Below are positions 8,875-19,350 of a DNA stretch of 64,000 nucleotides, piece by piece. The notes beneath the pieces are model-generated. The model had not been told where the DNA came from and did no database searches. It was given only the letters and a program-made list of their open reading frames with translations. The DNA is from an uncultured delta proteobacterium. Its GTDB lineage: Bacteria > Desulfobacterota > Syntrophia > Syntrophales > Smithellaceae. Positions within the stretch are counted from its first letter, which is position 1, and every line of letters begins with the position of its first letter. The DNA is taken from assembly GCA_963851005.1 (NCBI GenBank), contig CAWKNI010000007.1, positions 1,630,904 through 1,694,903 on the forward strand. The letters are read 5' to 3'. A program made the translations under genes and the position numbers.

Positions 8875-11352
8875 ATGGGCAAGAAGAGTTGTAAAAAAGG
8901 CCGAGGGAAAAAACTTGCGGCACAAAAGCAACGAGTAAAACCAGACGATTATTTTCGACATGGGCCTATTGAAATGGCCCGTTTCGGCAAATTCGTGGTG
9001 AGCCGAAATAATTTATCCAAAGATCAGTTTGAGGAAATGCAAAATAAGCTCGTAGAGCGCTACCCAGAGGTGTGTCGAGAAATTGATGGCACGATTACAA
9101 AAATTGTCAAGGTAATAAGAAAGCTCCCACCTGACGAATTGCTTAAACGGGCCTACTGGGAAATGGCAGCATGCCACATCAATATAAAAAGCGAAGTTGA
9201 TATCGGATTCGATGAGGGTTTATCTCTGAGGATGATTGATTATATACAAAGCGTAATCGTTTCGGTACAGCCAGAAGATGTGGTAACAGCAGAGGTTACA
9301 GAGGATCAATGGAGTGAACTGAAGGCTCTAGTTAAAGATTTATTTACCCAACTGAACTTTGAATATCAAATATGTTTAACGGCTTATAACCGTAGAGACC
9401 TTGCTCACAACCAGGATTTTGAAGATTATTATTTTAAAGCCCAGTTGTATTGGTGCAATATCCGTGGCCGACGCTACCTGGTTCATGAAATACCTTTTTT
9501 CAGCGACGTGCTACTGCCTCACAATGATGTTCTAAAGGAGTTGTACGGGATCAGTGCTGATGAGCTACTTGATTCGCTGAAACAAATACAGGACACACTA
9601 ACATTAGGTCTTGGTAAGCTAATGGAAGACCTGCGTGAGTTTCAGCAGGTAACAACAACGAAACTGGAAGAAAAGGTACTAGCAGATGAACGCCTCGAAT
9701 CTGCCAATTTACCTGACCTAATGGCTATGGTAATTAAAGAGAACGGTTGCGAAAATTGGAAAAATGATATTTTTGGGCGTTTCACAGGTCTTGATTTATT
9801 TGACTTAGAAAAAGTCACTAACCTCCCCAAAGGTCTTCTTGATGATTTGTCTTGGGAGCCTGGACAAGAAAAGGATTTTTTCAAAGAAGGTAAATATAAA
9901 GGGTGGCCTTTGAGAATATGGCCCGTTTTTAAACGTCCATTCATACGACTCAAGGGTCGTTATTATTGCTTTGAACTATTCAGTTTATATGACAATTTTT
10001 ATCGAACTATCCAGCAAATCATCCTTCAGAAAAGACCTAATTATCGCCAGATTTGGAATGATAAACAAAAAGAAATATCTGAAAGAATTCCTCTTCAGCT
10101 ATTAGAAAAAATTATGCCGGGTGCAAGAGTTTTGAACTCGATATATTATTTCTGGCATACTTCACCAGGGGAAAATAAAGACTGGTGCGAAGCGGATGCA
10201 CTGCTGATTTATGAAGATCATCTTTTCATTATTGAAATAAAAGCGGGAGCATTCACTTATACTTCCCCGGCTACGGACTTTCCTGCCTATATCGAATCGG
10301 TGAAAAATCTTGTCATGAAACCAGCAGATCAAGGCAAGCGATTCCTAGAGTATCTTCAAAGCGATAAAGAAGTTTTACTTTATGATTGCCAACATAAGGA
10401 AATAGGGAAAATATCAAGAGATAATTTTGATCATATAACTATTTGTGCAGTAACTCTCGACCCATTTACGGAGTTGGCAGCACAGGTGCAGCACCTAAAA
10501 CAAATTGGTATTGATGTTGGCGCACAACCTATATGGGCAATATCAATAGACGATTTGCGAGTTTATGCTGATATACTTGATAATCCGTTGATATTTTTGC
10601 ATTTTGTCGAAGAAAGAATGCGTGCATTTAAATCGGAACTTATACAAACAGAAGATGAACTTGATCATCTAGGCCTATATTTAAAACACAACATTTATAC
10701 TCAATACGTCAGAGAACTTAATCTTGATGGGGAAATTATATGGCATGGTTATAGATCAGATATAGACAGTTACTTTACAGATAAAATGCATGATCAGAAT
10801 GTCAAATGTCAGCTTAAGCAAAATATGCCGACACGATTGAAGGAAATCATAGATTTTTTATCGGTTAACAACAAACCAAATCGCAGAAAAGTTTCAAGTA
10901 TGCTTCTAGATACTGCTGGCGATTGGCGGGAAAATATCTCCTCTGGAATTGATGACATATTGAAGCAACAAGCCTTGCTTGGTAAAGTTAAACCACTCTC
11001 AACCTATGGAGGAATAAAAGTAACCCTCTTTTGCTGGCAAAAAGGTCTATTGGAACGAGATAAAAGCCTTGCCCTAGATCATGCACTGGCTTCCATGTTA
11101 ATTACAAATGATAAAGAGCGTATGCTCCTTGAACTAACATTTGACAAGGCTAACAAGATCATTGATGTCAACGCAACTTTCATTAGCCCAGAGAATATCC
11201 TTTTAACAGATATTGATAAACTAAAAATCTTAGCAGAAACCATAAGGCTTAAGCGGATTAAAAAGGCAAAAATGCTCCATGGGGAAATTGGCCGTAACGA
11301 TTTTTGTCCCTGTGGAAGTGGTAAGAAATACAAAAAGTGCTGCCTCATTTAG
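8875..11352 (+). CDS. Large uncharacterised protein with a PD-(D/E)xK-like nuclease motif and a C-terminal SEC-C zinc motif
   Basis: 825 aa. [21 protein letters not shown] (about 10183-10250) fits the D...ExK pattern. The extreme C-terminus [13 protein letters not shown] (11305-11343) is a SEC-C motif. The N-terminus is basic. Confidence 0.55.
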   Translation: MGKKSCKKGRGKKLAAQKQRVKPDDYFRHGPIEMARFGKFVVSRNNLSKDQFEEMQNKLVERYPEVCREIDGTITKIVKVIRKLPPDELLKRAYWEMAACHINIKSEVDIGFDEGLSLRMIDYIQSVIVSVQPEDVVTAEVTEDQWSELKALVKDLFTQLNFEYQICLTAYNRRDLAHNQDFEDYYFKAQLYWCNIRGRRYLVHEIPFFSDVLLPHNDVLKELYGISADELLDSLKQIQDTLTLGLGKLMEDLREFQQVTTTKLEEKVLADERLESANLPDLMAMVIKENGCENWKNDIFGRFTGLDLFDLEKVTNLPKGLLDDLSWEPGQEKDFFKEGKYKGWPLRIWPVFKRPFIRLKGRYYCFELFSLYDNFYRTIQQIILQKRPNYRQIWNDKQKEISERIPLQLLEKIMPGARVLNSIYYFWHTSPGENKDWCEADALLIYEDHLFIIEIKAGAFTYTSPATDFPAYIESVKNLVMKPADQGKRFLEYLQSDKEVLLYDCQHKEIGKISRDNFDHITICAVTLDPFTELAAQVQHLKQIGIDVGAQPIWAISIDDLRVYADILDNPLIFLHFVEERMRAFKSELIQTEDELDHLGLYLKHNIYTQYVRELNLDGEIIWHGYRSDIDSYFTDKMHDQNVKCQLKQNMPTRLKEIIDFLSVNNKPNRRKVSSMLLDTAGDWRENISSGIDDILKQQALLGKVKPLSTYGGIKVTLFCWQKGLLERDKSLALDHALASMLITNDKERMLLELTFDKANKIIDVNATFISPENILLTDIDKLKILAETIRLKRIKKAKMLHGEIGRNDFCPCGSGKKYKKCCLI

Positions 11353-11815
11353 ATCTATTATTGTTAATAAATATTTTTAGTGGACAGGTCTAGTCTTTGC
11401 TTCGTTTATAAAGACAAAAATGGAACATATTGCGATAAGTCATGTGAAGAAAAAATGATATTTCAACGAACCGTTGCCAACAGATATCCATTTGAGCAGC
11501 CATTGAAAGCGTTTTGGCTAACCACGGGCAGAATGCACTCCGCTTTGCGGGATTGTTCAACTTACCAATTCCGTTACGCTACGCTTACGCAATTGGAGTT
11601 TCACATATAAAGCTTGGCGAAGCGTAAGATCAGTGATTACAACTGTCTGAGCCGAAGGCGAGTTTTGTAATCGCCTGAAGCAAGCCTTAGATTTATCCAA
11701 AACGCTTGCAGGCGGCGAAAAGGATTTTGGGGCAACGGGAAATTATCTATCAGTTTTTCCGCAAAGATAGGCAAATGAATCCAATTTTAAATTAAAACCT
11801 GTGCTATCACGAATA

Positions 11816-11852
11816 CAAAAAAAGAGCCGGAGCACCTGAGTTGCTCCGGCTC
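11816..11852 (-). terminator. Rho-independent terminator, presumably for pckG
   Basis: On the minus strand, gagccggagca-actcagg-tgctccggctc is followed by ttttttt. The 129-bp repeat separates it from the pckG stop codon. Confidence 0.8.
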
Positions 11853-11857
11853 TCTCG

Positions 11858-11986
11858 TTATACCAATTCTAAATCAAAGCGCTATTTTTGTTGGCTTCGT
11901 TGTCGGCTTCCTCAACGTATGTACAATACGCCTCATCGCCTCCACCTAGCCGCCTCAATATCATCTTTGATTTAGAAATGGTATTA
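11858..11986 (+). repeat. ~129-bp MITE-like repeat, copy B (orientation label arbitrary)
   Basis: TTA-TACCAATTCTAAATCAAAG...CTTTGATTTAGAAATGGTA-TTA has roughly 20-bp terminal inverted repeats. It is near-identical to 40631-40761 and is the reverse complement of 29420-29548 and 30836-30964. Confidence 0.9.
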
Positions 11987-11989
11987 GAC

Positions 11990-13777
11990 CTACTTAAGCC
12001 TTTCTTTAAGCGCTTCGAATTGTTTTTTCATTCTCTCAGGAAGACGATCCCCAAACTGGGCAAAGTGCTTTTCAATATCGGGAACTTCAGCCTTCCATGC
12101 TTGAACATCAACATTAAGCAATTCATTAATATCCTGCACACTGATGTTAAGCCCTTTCATATCGAGACTGTCGGCATTGGGCAGCAAACCGATAGGCGTT
12201 TTGACTGCATTGGCCTTGCCGTCCACCCGTTCACACATCCATTTCAACACGCGGCTGTTTTCTCCGAAGCCAGGCCAGAGCCACCGGCCATCCGGTGTTT
12301 TTCTAAACCAGTTTACATAAAATATTTTCGGCGCTTTATCGCCGAGTTTATCGCCCATATCCAACCAGTGCTGGAAATAATCACCCATATTGTATCCACA
12401 AAACGGCTGCATAGCGAAAGGATCACGCCTCAAATTGCCCACCGCTCCGATATTGGCGGCAGTGGTTTCCGATGATGCCGTCGCGCCCAAAAAAACGCCG
12501 TGATCAAAATTATATGCTTCGTTGACCAAAGGCACAACGCCCCCGCGGCGTCCGCCAAAAACAAAAATATCAATGGGAACACCTTCCGGCTTTTCCCAAT
12601 CAGGGCAGATGACCGGACATTGAGAAGCAGGCGCGGTGAAACGAGCATTGGCATGAGCCGCAACTTCCTTTACCTCCGTCGGCCAGTCGCGGCCTTTCCA
12701 GTCAATCGCATGCTTGGGAGGCTTGCCGTCCATTCCTTCCCACCAGATATCGCCCTTATCGGTCAAAGCGCAGTTGGTAAAAATGGTGTTTTTCTTGATA
12801 GTATCCATCGCCATGGGATTGGAACTATAAGATGTGCCCGGCGCCACACCGAAAAATCCAGCTTCGGGATTTATTGCATGAAGCCTTCCATCTGGTCCGA
12901 TTTTCATCCAGGCTATATCATCGCCGACGCATTCGCATTTCCAGCCTTCAATTGTCGGCTGCAGCATGGCGAGATTGGTCTTGCCGCAAGCGGAAGGAAA
13001 GGCTGCGGCAATGTGATACTGTTTCCCTTCAGGGCTGGTCAGCCGCAGAATCAGCATGTGCTCCGCCATCCAGCCTTCGCGTTTGGCCATGGCCGAAGCT
13101 ATGCGCAGAGCCAGACATTTCTTGCCCAAAAGCGCGTTGCCGCCGTAACCGGAACCGTAAGACCAGATTAAATTTTCATCCGGAAAATGGCTGATATATT
13201 TTTTCTCAATGGGCGCGCAGGGCCAGGAAACATCTTTTTGGCCTTCTTGCAGTGGAGCGCCGATGGAATGCAGACAGGGAATAAACTCCCCTTTCTTCCC
13301 CAGCTTCCTGAGAACTTTTTTCCCCACACGGGTCATAATGTGCATATTGCAGACGACGTATGGGCTGTCGGTTATCTCAATACCGATTTTGGCAATGGGA
13401 GATTTAATCGGTCCCATGGAAAAAGGAATTACGTACATCGTGCGTCCCTTCATGCATCCCTTATAAAGGTCTTTCATCGTTGCCTTTAATTCATCAGGCG
13501 CAATCCAGTTATTCGTTGGCCCTGCTTCAACCTGTAAGGGTGTGCTGATATAGGTTCTATTTTCCACTCTTGCCACATCCGACGGGTCGGAACGAAACAA
13601 AAAACTGTTCCTTCTCTTCTTTAATTTGATAGCCATGCCGCTTTTTTCCATCTGCGACATGAGTTCGTTGTATTCCTTCTTGGAGTCGTCACACCAATAA
13701 ACCCTATCTGGCGTGCACATCTCCTGAATCTCTTTAACCCATTTTTTCAGTTTCTCGTTTCTTACAACTATTTCCAT
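11990..13777 (-). CDS. pckG: Phosphoenolpyruvate carboxykinase (GTP)
   Basis: 595 aa with FPSACGKTN (kinase-1a), WMAEHMLIL and GTP-PEPCK-specific blocks throughout. Confidence 0.92.
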   Translation of the reverse strand: MEIVVRNEKLKKWVKEIQEMCTPDRVYWCDDSKKEYNELMSQMEKSGMAIKLKKRRNSFLFRSDPSDVARVENRTYISTPLQVEAGPTNNWIAPDELKATMKDLYKGCMKGRTMYVIPFSMGPIKSPIAKIGIEITDSPYVVCNMHIMTRVGKKVLRKLGKKGEFIPCLHSIGAPLQEGQKDVSWPCAPIEKKYISHFPDENLIWSYGSGYGGNALLGKKCLALRIASAMAKREGWMAEHMLILRLTSPEGKQYHIAAAFPSACGKTNLAMLQPTIEGWKCECVGDDIAWMKIGPDGRLHAINPEAGFFGVAPGTSYSSNPMAMDTIKKNTIFTNCALTDKGDIWWEGMDGKPPKHAIDWKGRDWPTEVKEVAAHANARFTAPASQCPVICPDWEKPEGVPIDIFVFGGRRGGVVPLVNEAYNFDHGVFLGATASSETTAANIGAVGNLRRDPFAMQPFCGYNMGDYFQHWLDMGDKLGDKAPKIFYVNWFRKTPDGRWLWPGFGENSRVLKWMCERVDGKANAVKTPIGLLPNADSLDMKGLNISVQDINELLNVDVQAWKAEVPDIEKHFAQFGDRLPERMKKQFEALKERLK

Positions 13778-13815
13778 AAAACAAAGTTCCTTTATTAATT
13801 GCGAACGCTTCTATA

Positions 13816-14071
13816 TCCTCCGCTGGCGGAGGTGTCACGCAGTGACGGAGGTGGATAGAGAGCTTTGCACAACTTCCTTAATCGTCATACCGGCGAAGGC
13901 CGGTATCCAGGAAACCATTGATAATACTGGATTCCCGCCTTCGCGGGAATGACAATGTTGTTGGTTTTATGCCGTTGTGCAAAGGTCTCGAATAAAAACT
14001 TCCGGCCTGCAACTTATTGTAACATTACACCTGCAATAGCACTTCCACCCCCTTGCCCCCGCCAGCGGGGG
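13816..14071. repeat. Battery of GC-rich REP-like hairpins between ppdK and pckG
   Basis: Hairpins are cctccgctggcggagg (13817-13832), ataccggcgaaggccggtat (13887-13906), attcccgccttcgcgggaat (13931-13950) and cccccgccagcggggg (14056-14071). The first unit recurs inverted at 57433-57471. Confidence 0.8.
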
Positions 14072-14102
14072 ACAAAATTTCCAACCAACCAATCAGGGGT
14101 AT

Positions 14103-16898
14103 TTATTTACGTTTCTTCACTTTCACTTTCGCTTTTACTTTTGCTTTTACTTTTGCTTTTACTTTCACCTTTGCCTTCGGCTTTGCCACGGTCTTTTTCT
14201 CATTTATCACGGCCTGAGCGGCGGCCAGACGCGCTATCGGCACGCGATAGGGCGAACAACTGACGTAATTCATGCCCGCGCGGTGACAGAACATAACGCT
14301 TGACGGCTCTCCGCCATGTTCACCGCAAATGCCAACCTTTAAATCCTTGCGGGCTTTGCGTCCCCGCTCAATGCCGAGCTCTATCAACTGGCCAACGCCG
14401 GCCTGATCGAGAATCTGGAAGGGGTCAACCGGAATAATTTTCTTCTCCACGTATTCGGGAACAAAAGCGCCGACGTCGTCACGGCTAAAGCCGTAGGTCA
14501 TCTGAGTAAGATCGTTCGTTCCGTAGCTGAAAAATTCCGCTTCTTCGGCAATCCGGTCAGCCAAAAGCGCCGCGCGCGGAATTTCAATCATTGTTCCAAC
14601 CATATAAGGCAGCTTCCTCATGCCGTATTTTGCCAGCACTTCCGGATAAACCTTCTTTACTATATCCGCCTGATTTTTGAATTCGGCCACATCGCAGACA
14701 ACCGGAATCATAATTTCAGGAAGAGCTTTTTTGCCTTCTTTGATAAGTTCTGCCGCGCCTTCAAGAATAGCGCGTATCTGCATTTCGCTTACTTCGGGAT
14801 AGGTTATGCCCAGGCGTACGCCGCGATGTCCCATCATCGGATTGGTCTCGTGCAATTTTTCCGCGCGAGAGTTGAGCTTGTCTATCGAAATACCCAAACT
14901 CTCAGCGAGGCGCTGTCTTTCATCGGGATTTTCCGGCACGAATTCATGCAGAGGCGGATCAAGCAGGCGGATGGTTACCGGTCTGCCGGACATGACTTCC
15001 ATAGTCTTTTTGATATCGCTCTTGACGAACGGAAATAACTCATCCAGTGCCGCGCGGCGCTGTTCTTCATTGTCCGAAAGAATCATCTTGCGCAAAAAGA
15101 ACAACGGTTTTTCGCTGTTCTCCCCGTAGAACATGTGCTCAGTGCGGAAAAGGCCAATCCCTTCAGCTCCGAACTGCACGGCCTTGGCGGCGTCTTTTGG
15201 CGTTTCAGCGTTGGTGCGGATCTTAAGGCGCCGCAACAAATCACATAGCCTCATAAAAGCCGCGAAGTCTTTATCATCTTCAGCGCCGCTGATCATCGGC
15301 AGAGCTCCAACATAGGCGCGGCCTTTGGTTCCATTGAGCGTAATAATTTCACCTTCGCGTACTGTTTTTCCGACAACCGACATTATCTTTTGTTGCATAT
15401 CAACATGCAGAGAACCAGCACCGACAATACAGCACTTGCCCCAGCCACGGGCCACCAGTGCCGCGTGCGAGGTCATGCCGCCGCGTGCCGTAAGAATTCC
15501 CTGTGCCGCGCGCATGCCTTCTACATCTTCTGGATTGGTCTCCTCGCGCACAAGAATTACCTTCTTGCCTTCTTTCTTCAAATTGACTGCGTCTTCCGCC
15601 GTAAACACAACTTGTCCGACGGCTCCTCCCGGACCGGCAGGCAGACCCTTGACCAGAAAATCGCCTGTTGCTTCTGCTTTCGGATCCACCATCGGATGGA
15701 GCATTTCATCGAGCTGTGACGGTGTTACGCGCGAGACCGCTTCGGCGGCGCTAATTATCTTCTTTCTATACATTTCCACGGCCATGCGGACAGCGGCGGG
15801 ACCGTTGCGTTTGCCTGTTCGCGTTTGCAGCATCCAAACGCGTCCGTCCTGAATGGTAAATTCCAGATCCTGCATATCCCTGAAGTGGGCTTCCAGCTTA
15901 TTGCGAATACCCTTGATCTGAGCGTAGGCTTTAGGCATAGCTTTTTCCAGAGAGGGATGTCCTTCGGTATCGTCTACCTGGCGGGTTTCTTCATTTATCG
16001 GATTGGGCGTGCGGATTCCCGCCACAACATCTTCACCCTGCGCGTTAGGCAGCCACTCGCCGTAAAATTTGTTTTCGCCGGTGGCCGGATTGCGGGTGAA
16101 GGCAACGCCGGTGGCGGAATTATCGCCCATGTTGCCGAATACCATTGCCTGAACATTGACGGCAGTGCCCCAATCATCAGGAATGCCTTCGATTCTTCGG
16201 TAAGAAACAGCTCGTTTTCCGTTCCAGCTCTTAAAGACCGCGCCGATAGCGCCCCATAACTGTTCATTAGCGTCATCGGGGAATGGCTTGCCGAGAACCT
16301 CTTGCACTTTTGCTCTGTAAATATTAGCAAGTTCAGCGAGGTCCTTATCTGTAAGATCAACATCCGACTTGGCGTTGCGGCGTGCTTTCATTGCCGCAAG
16401 CTCACGTTCCAATTGCTGGCGCACACCCATTCCTTCTGCCGGTTCGATGCCTTCGGCCTTTTCCATAACGACATCCGAATACATCTGAATCAAACGGCGG
16501 TAGGAATCCCAGACGAAGCGGGCGTTCTTTGTTTTTTCAATCATTCCTGGAATAGTCTTCGAGGTAAGACCTATGTTCAGGACTGTTTCCATCATGCCGG
16601 GCATGCTGGAGCGCGCGCCTGATCGGGCGGAACACAAAAGAGGATTTTCCGGATCGCCGAATTTCATTTCCGCCTCCTTTTCCATCTTCTGCACCGCTTT
16701 ATTAACCTGTTCTTTTAATCCCTGAGGATAACGGCCTTTATTTTCGTAGAAGGCTGTGCAAACTTCCGTTGTAATTGTAAAACCCGGCGGAATAGGAATT
16801 CCGAGATGCGCCATTTCCGCAAGTCCGACTCCCTTGCCTCCTAAAATATTTTTGCTTTTTCCATATCCTTCCGAGAAGGAGTATACATATTTGGCCAT
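14103..16898 (-). CDS. ppdK: Pyruvate, phosphate dikinase with a Lys-rich C-terminal extension
   Basis: 931 aa with GGMTSHAALVARGWGK (phospho-His domain) and a PEP-utilising C-terminal TIM barrel. An extra tail reads AKPKAKVKVKAKVKAKVKAKVKVKKRK. Confidence 0.92.
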   Translation of the reverse strand: MAKYVYSFSEGYGKSKNILGGKGVGLAEMAHLGIPIPPGFTITTEVCTAFYENKGRYPQGLKEQVNKAVQKMEKEAEMKFGDPENPLLCSARSGARSSMPGMMETVLNIGLTSKTIPGMIEKTKNARFVWDSYRRLIQMYSDVVMEKAEGIEPAEGMGVRQQLERELAAMKARRNAKSDVDLTDKDLAELANIYRAKVQEVLGKPFPDDANEQLWGAIGAVFKSWNGKRAVSYRRIEGIPDDWGTAVNVQAMVFGNMGDNSATGVAFTRNPATGENKFYGEWLPNAQGEDVVAGIRTPNPINEETRQVDDTEGHPSLEKAMPKAYAQIKGIRNKLEAHFRDMQDLEFTIQDGRVWMLQTRTGKRNGPAAVRMAVEMYRKKIISAAEAVSRVTPSQLDEMLHPMVDPKAEATGDFLVKGLPAGPGGAVGQVVFTAEDAVNLKKEGKKVILVREETNPEDVEGMRAAQGILTARGGMTSHAALVARGWGKCCIVGAGSLHVDMQQKIMSVVGKTVREGEIITLNGTKGRAYVGALPMISGAEDDKDFAAFMRLCDLLRRLKIRTNAETPKDAAKAVQFGAEGIGLFRTEHMFYGENSEKPLFFLRKMILSDNEEQRRAALDELFPFVKSDIKKTMEVMSGRPVTIRLLDPPLHEFVPENPDERQRLAESLGISIDKLNSRAEKLHETNPMMGHRGVRLGITYPEVSEMQIRAILEGAAELIKEGKKALPEIMIPVVCDVAEFKNQADIVKKVYPEVLAKYGMRKLPYMVGTMIEIPRAALLADRIAEEAEFFSYGTNDLTQMTYGFSRDDVGAFVPEYVEKKIIPVDPFQILDQAGVGQLIELGIERGRKARKDLKVGICGEHGGEPSSVMFCHRAGMNYVSCSPYRVPIARLAAAQAVINEKKTVAKPKAKVKVKAKVKAKVKAKVKVKKRK
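14113..14190. repeat. Tandem 6/12-nt repeat encoding the (KAKV)n tail of PpdK
   Basis: gcttttactttt occurs three times in tandem, flanked by degenerate units, and lies in frame with the ppdK 3' end. Confidence 0.85.
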
Positions 16899-17107
16899 AA
16901 CTCTGCTTTTTAACCTCCTTGATTAATCCATTAATTTATAATGCGTTATATCGGCACAAGATTATGCTCATTGTCAAGATAAAATTGCATCAATGTCATC
17001 AGCCACAAACATTCTTAAATTGCAAATTATAATAATAACTTATCCTTTTCTTTAGAGATAAAAATCCGGAATGCTCATATAAACAATTTGATGATTTTTT
17101 TATAGTT

Positions 17108-17291
17108 CAATCCCGCAAGATTTGTAATCCTCCGGCTCCAGCCGGTGGAAGAATACGGTGTAACTCGCGGGAGGTAGCGTTATCCTCTGCTTCGCGGGAT
17201 AATTCGACTAACGCTTCAAACTTTACTTCATTTAATTTAGCTGGTCTCATTAATACATGGAGCCTTCGGCTCCTGCCAAAGGAGGCTCCAC
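17108..17291. repeat. Composite of REP-like units (families 'aatcccgc...ggctncagccgg...cgcgggagg' and 'ggagcc...ggctccac')
   Basis: 17108-17182 matches 61482-61553 and, inverted, 43264-43313. 17259-17291 matches 33344-33375, 43104-43137, 59097-59128 and 61557-61592. Confidence 0.8.
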
Positions 17292-17317
17292 TGCGGTTAA
17301 CAAAACGAAATAAAAGG

Positions 17318-18394
17318 TCAATGTTTTTTAATCACAAAATTATTAAGCATCTTTTCTACGGCATCCTGCACTTGGGCAACAGATAAATTATCGAGACATT
17401 TACTCCAACCTTTTCCATCACAACCTTTTTTATTGCATGGTGAGCAATCCATATCAGGCAAGACAACCATGTTTCTATCGCCTGTTGGAGCCCAATCACG
17501 CCAATCGGAAGGTCCGTATATTGTAATTGTCGGAGTACCAACAGCCGCGGCAATATGCGGCGCAGCGCTATCCACACCAACATGCATACTGCTCATTTGC
17601 AAAAGAGCCGCCATTTCGCGTAGCGTGGTTTTTCCGGCAAAACTATACAGCGCAGAACGACTATCAACGGCCAATTCATCGGCGCGCTTTTTCTCCGCCG
17701 CTGAACCTGTAATTATCACCGGCATTTTATATTTTTGCCAGATAAAAGATGCAAGCTGTTTCCATTTATCAATATCCCATTCTTTATAAGACCAGCGCGA
17801 GAAAGGATTGATGCTGATCCATCCATTTTTTGTCTCAACTTTTTCTTCAGTTAACAATTTTGACATTTTATCTTTCAGCTTTTCATCAACGAATATTTGC
17901 GGAATGGACGTTGTTTCTTTTATTCCGAATCCGCGAATAATTTTGAGAGATTGTTCCGTCGCTCCCAATATTCTTTCCTTTATGGGAGGAGGATCAACCA
18001 AATGAGTAAAAGCCCTGTTGCGCCATCGTAAAGTGGGTAAATATAACGCCGCTCTCATTTTCGCGCCGCTCAGGAAAGACAGAAATCCTCCGCGGTCATC
18101 AGCGCGCAAATCAAAGAGCAAATCGAATTTTTCGAGGCGCAGCTTTCTTACTAATTGAATCCCGCCGAATGCGCTTTCTCGCTCGACTGTAAATACCTTA
18201 TCTATATGAGAATCGTCCAAAAGGAAATCTCCGTGATATTTTCTAAACAGCACCGAAAGGCTGGCCTGCGGAAACGCCGTTTTCAATGCCCAGAAAGAAG
18301 GAATGGCCCAGACAACATCACCGATATCGCCTAATTGAATAACAAGTATTTTCCTTACAGTAATATCTATTTTATGCTGAGCGGAAATAAGCAT
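17318..18394 (-). CDS. Glycosyltransferase family 9 (LPS heptosyltransferase-like)
   Basis: ILVIQLGDIGDVV and a C-terminal GVDSAAPHIAAAVGTPTITIYG are typical of the GT9/RfaF-WaaC family. The ATG at 18394 is preferred over the TTG at 18415. Confidence 0.8.
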   Translation of the reverse strand: MLISAQHKIDITVRKILVIQLGDIGDVVWAIPSFWALKTAFPQASLSVLFRKYHGDFLLDDSHIDKVFTVERESAFGGIQLVRKLRLEKFDLLFDLRADDRGGFLSFLSGAKMRAALYLPTLRWRNRAFTHLVDPPPIKERILGATEQSLKIIRGFGIKETTSIPQIFVDEKLKDKMSKLLTEEKVETKNGWISINPFSRWSYKEWDIDKWKQLASFIWQKYKMPVIITGSAAEKKRADELAVDSRSALYSFAGKTTLREMAALLQMSSMHVGVDSAAPHIAAAVGTPTITIYGPSDWRDWAPTGDRNMVVLPDMDCSPCNKKGCDGKGWSKCLDNLSVAQVQDAVEKMLNNFVIKKH

Positions 18395-18431
18395 TTTGAA
18401 ACCTTTGTACGACAAATCTGCCGCTTAATAA

Positions 18432-19187
18432 TTATTTCAACCGGTACCATAATTGAGCGACAATTTCCCTAAAAGCAACGGATGTTTTATAAAGCTCTGC
18501 TGATTGGGGCATGTACCGGACAACGACATTTCCCTCGGGCGAAGAATACAGGTAATGAGCGGGCAGGGGCAGCACGTTGTTAAAATATCTTTGAAATTCC
18601 CGTTCGCTTCTCTTCATGTGAAAAGCCGAGGTAACCAGACCGATATTAACATTTTTATTGTTAAACATTTTATTTACCTCGCGGGCATTCTGGCTTGTAT
18701 TTCTTGAATTTGGTTCTATTTTTATTTTTCCCCGGGGAACGCCCAAGCTTTCCGCCAGTTTTGCCATTGCCTCCGCCTGCGATGTTTTTCCGTCACCTTT
18801 GCCGGAACAAACAAAATATTTCGCACCAGTTTTATTATAAACCGCTACAGCGTGAAGAACCCGGAGAGACTCTATTTCCGTATTAAAAGTCTTCTTCACG
18901 GAATTTATCTCTTTCGTTCCGGAACCCAATACAACAATGGCATCAATATTATTTTTAACACCGACGGCAGGTTTATCGATATAATCCTTTTCCAAATAAT
19001 AGCAAAAATGATTGGATACGGGGGCAATGCTCGCTCCATAAACAAAAATAATGCACATCAGCAGAATCAAAGAATCGCTTTTTTTCTTGCAGTTAAACAA
19101 AAAAACGACGAAAGATATTATAAGCAAAACAAAGGTGATAAAAAGAGGATCAAGAAATCCTTTCAAAATAGTAAATACTTCATCCAT
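18432..19187 (-). CDS. DUF218/YdcF (ElyC-like) family membrane-anchored protein
   Basis: An N-terminal TM segment plus IVVLGSG...VTSAFHMKRS, the hallmarks of DUF218. Confidence 0.7.
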   Translation of the reverse strand: MDEVFTILKGFLDPLFITFVLLIISFVVFLFNCKKKSDSLILLMCIIFVYGASIAPVSNHFCYYLEKDYIDKPAVGVKNNIDAIVVLGSGTKEINSVKKTFNTEIESLRVLHAVAVYNKTGAKYFVCSGKGDGKTSQAEAMAKLAESLGVPRGKIKIEPNSRNTSQNAREVNKMFNNKNVNIGLVTSAFHMKRSEREFQRYFNNVLPLPAHYLYSSPEGNVVVRYMPQSAELYKTSVAFREIVAQLWYRLK

Positions 19188-19350
19188 AAATTCATCTGCC
19201 TCCCTTTTTATGTTTTTATTTAAATAAAAAATTTTTGCCGATGTGTTTTTTTACAGCTCCACTCTCTCGGTTACACCGGCAAACATATGTAACTTATCGA
19301 AGAAACTATTGATTACTACTAAAATCATATTATAGTGTCAACATATTACT

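Noticed and set aside
11380-11610. 76-aa ORF downstream of the SEC-C protein gene
   Set aside because: It has no RBS and a non-ATG start context, and it runs into repeat-like sequence, so it is probably non-coding.
13816-14071. CRISPR array hypothesis for the clustered GC-rich palindromes (also considered at 43104-43313 and 50850-51130)
   Set aside because: The units differ from one another, are irregularly spaced and are themselves palindromic. No repeat-spacer periodicity and no cas genes are present, so they fit REP/BIME-like elements instead.
13949-14263. ORF with a poly-Leu run (LLLLLLLLLL)
   Set aside because: The poly-Leu run is simply the antisense reading of the Lys-rich tandem repeat at the ppdK 3' end. 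The upstream part of the ORF runs through REP hairpins.
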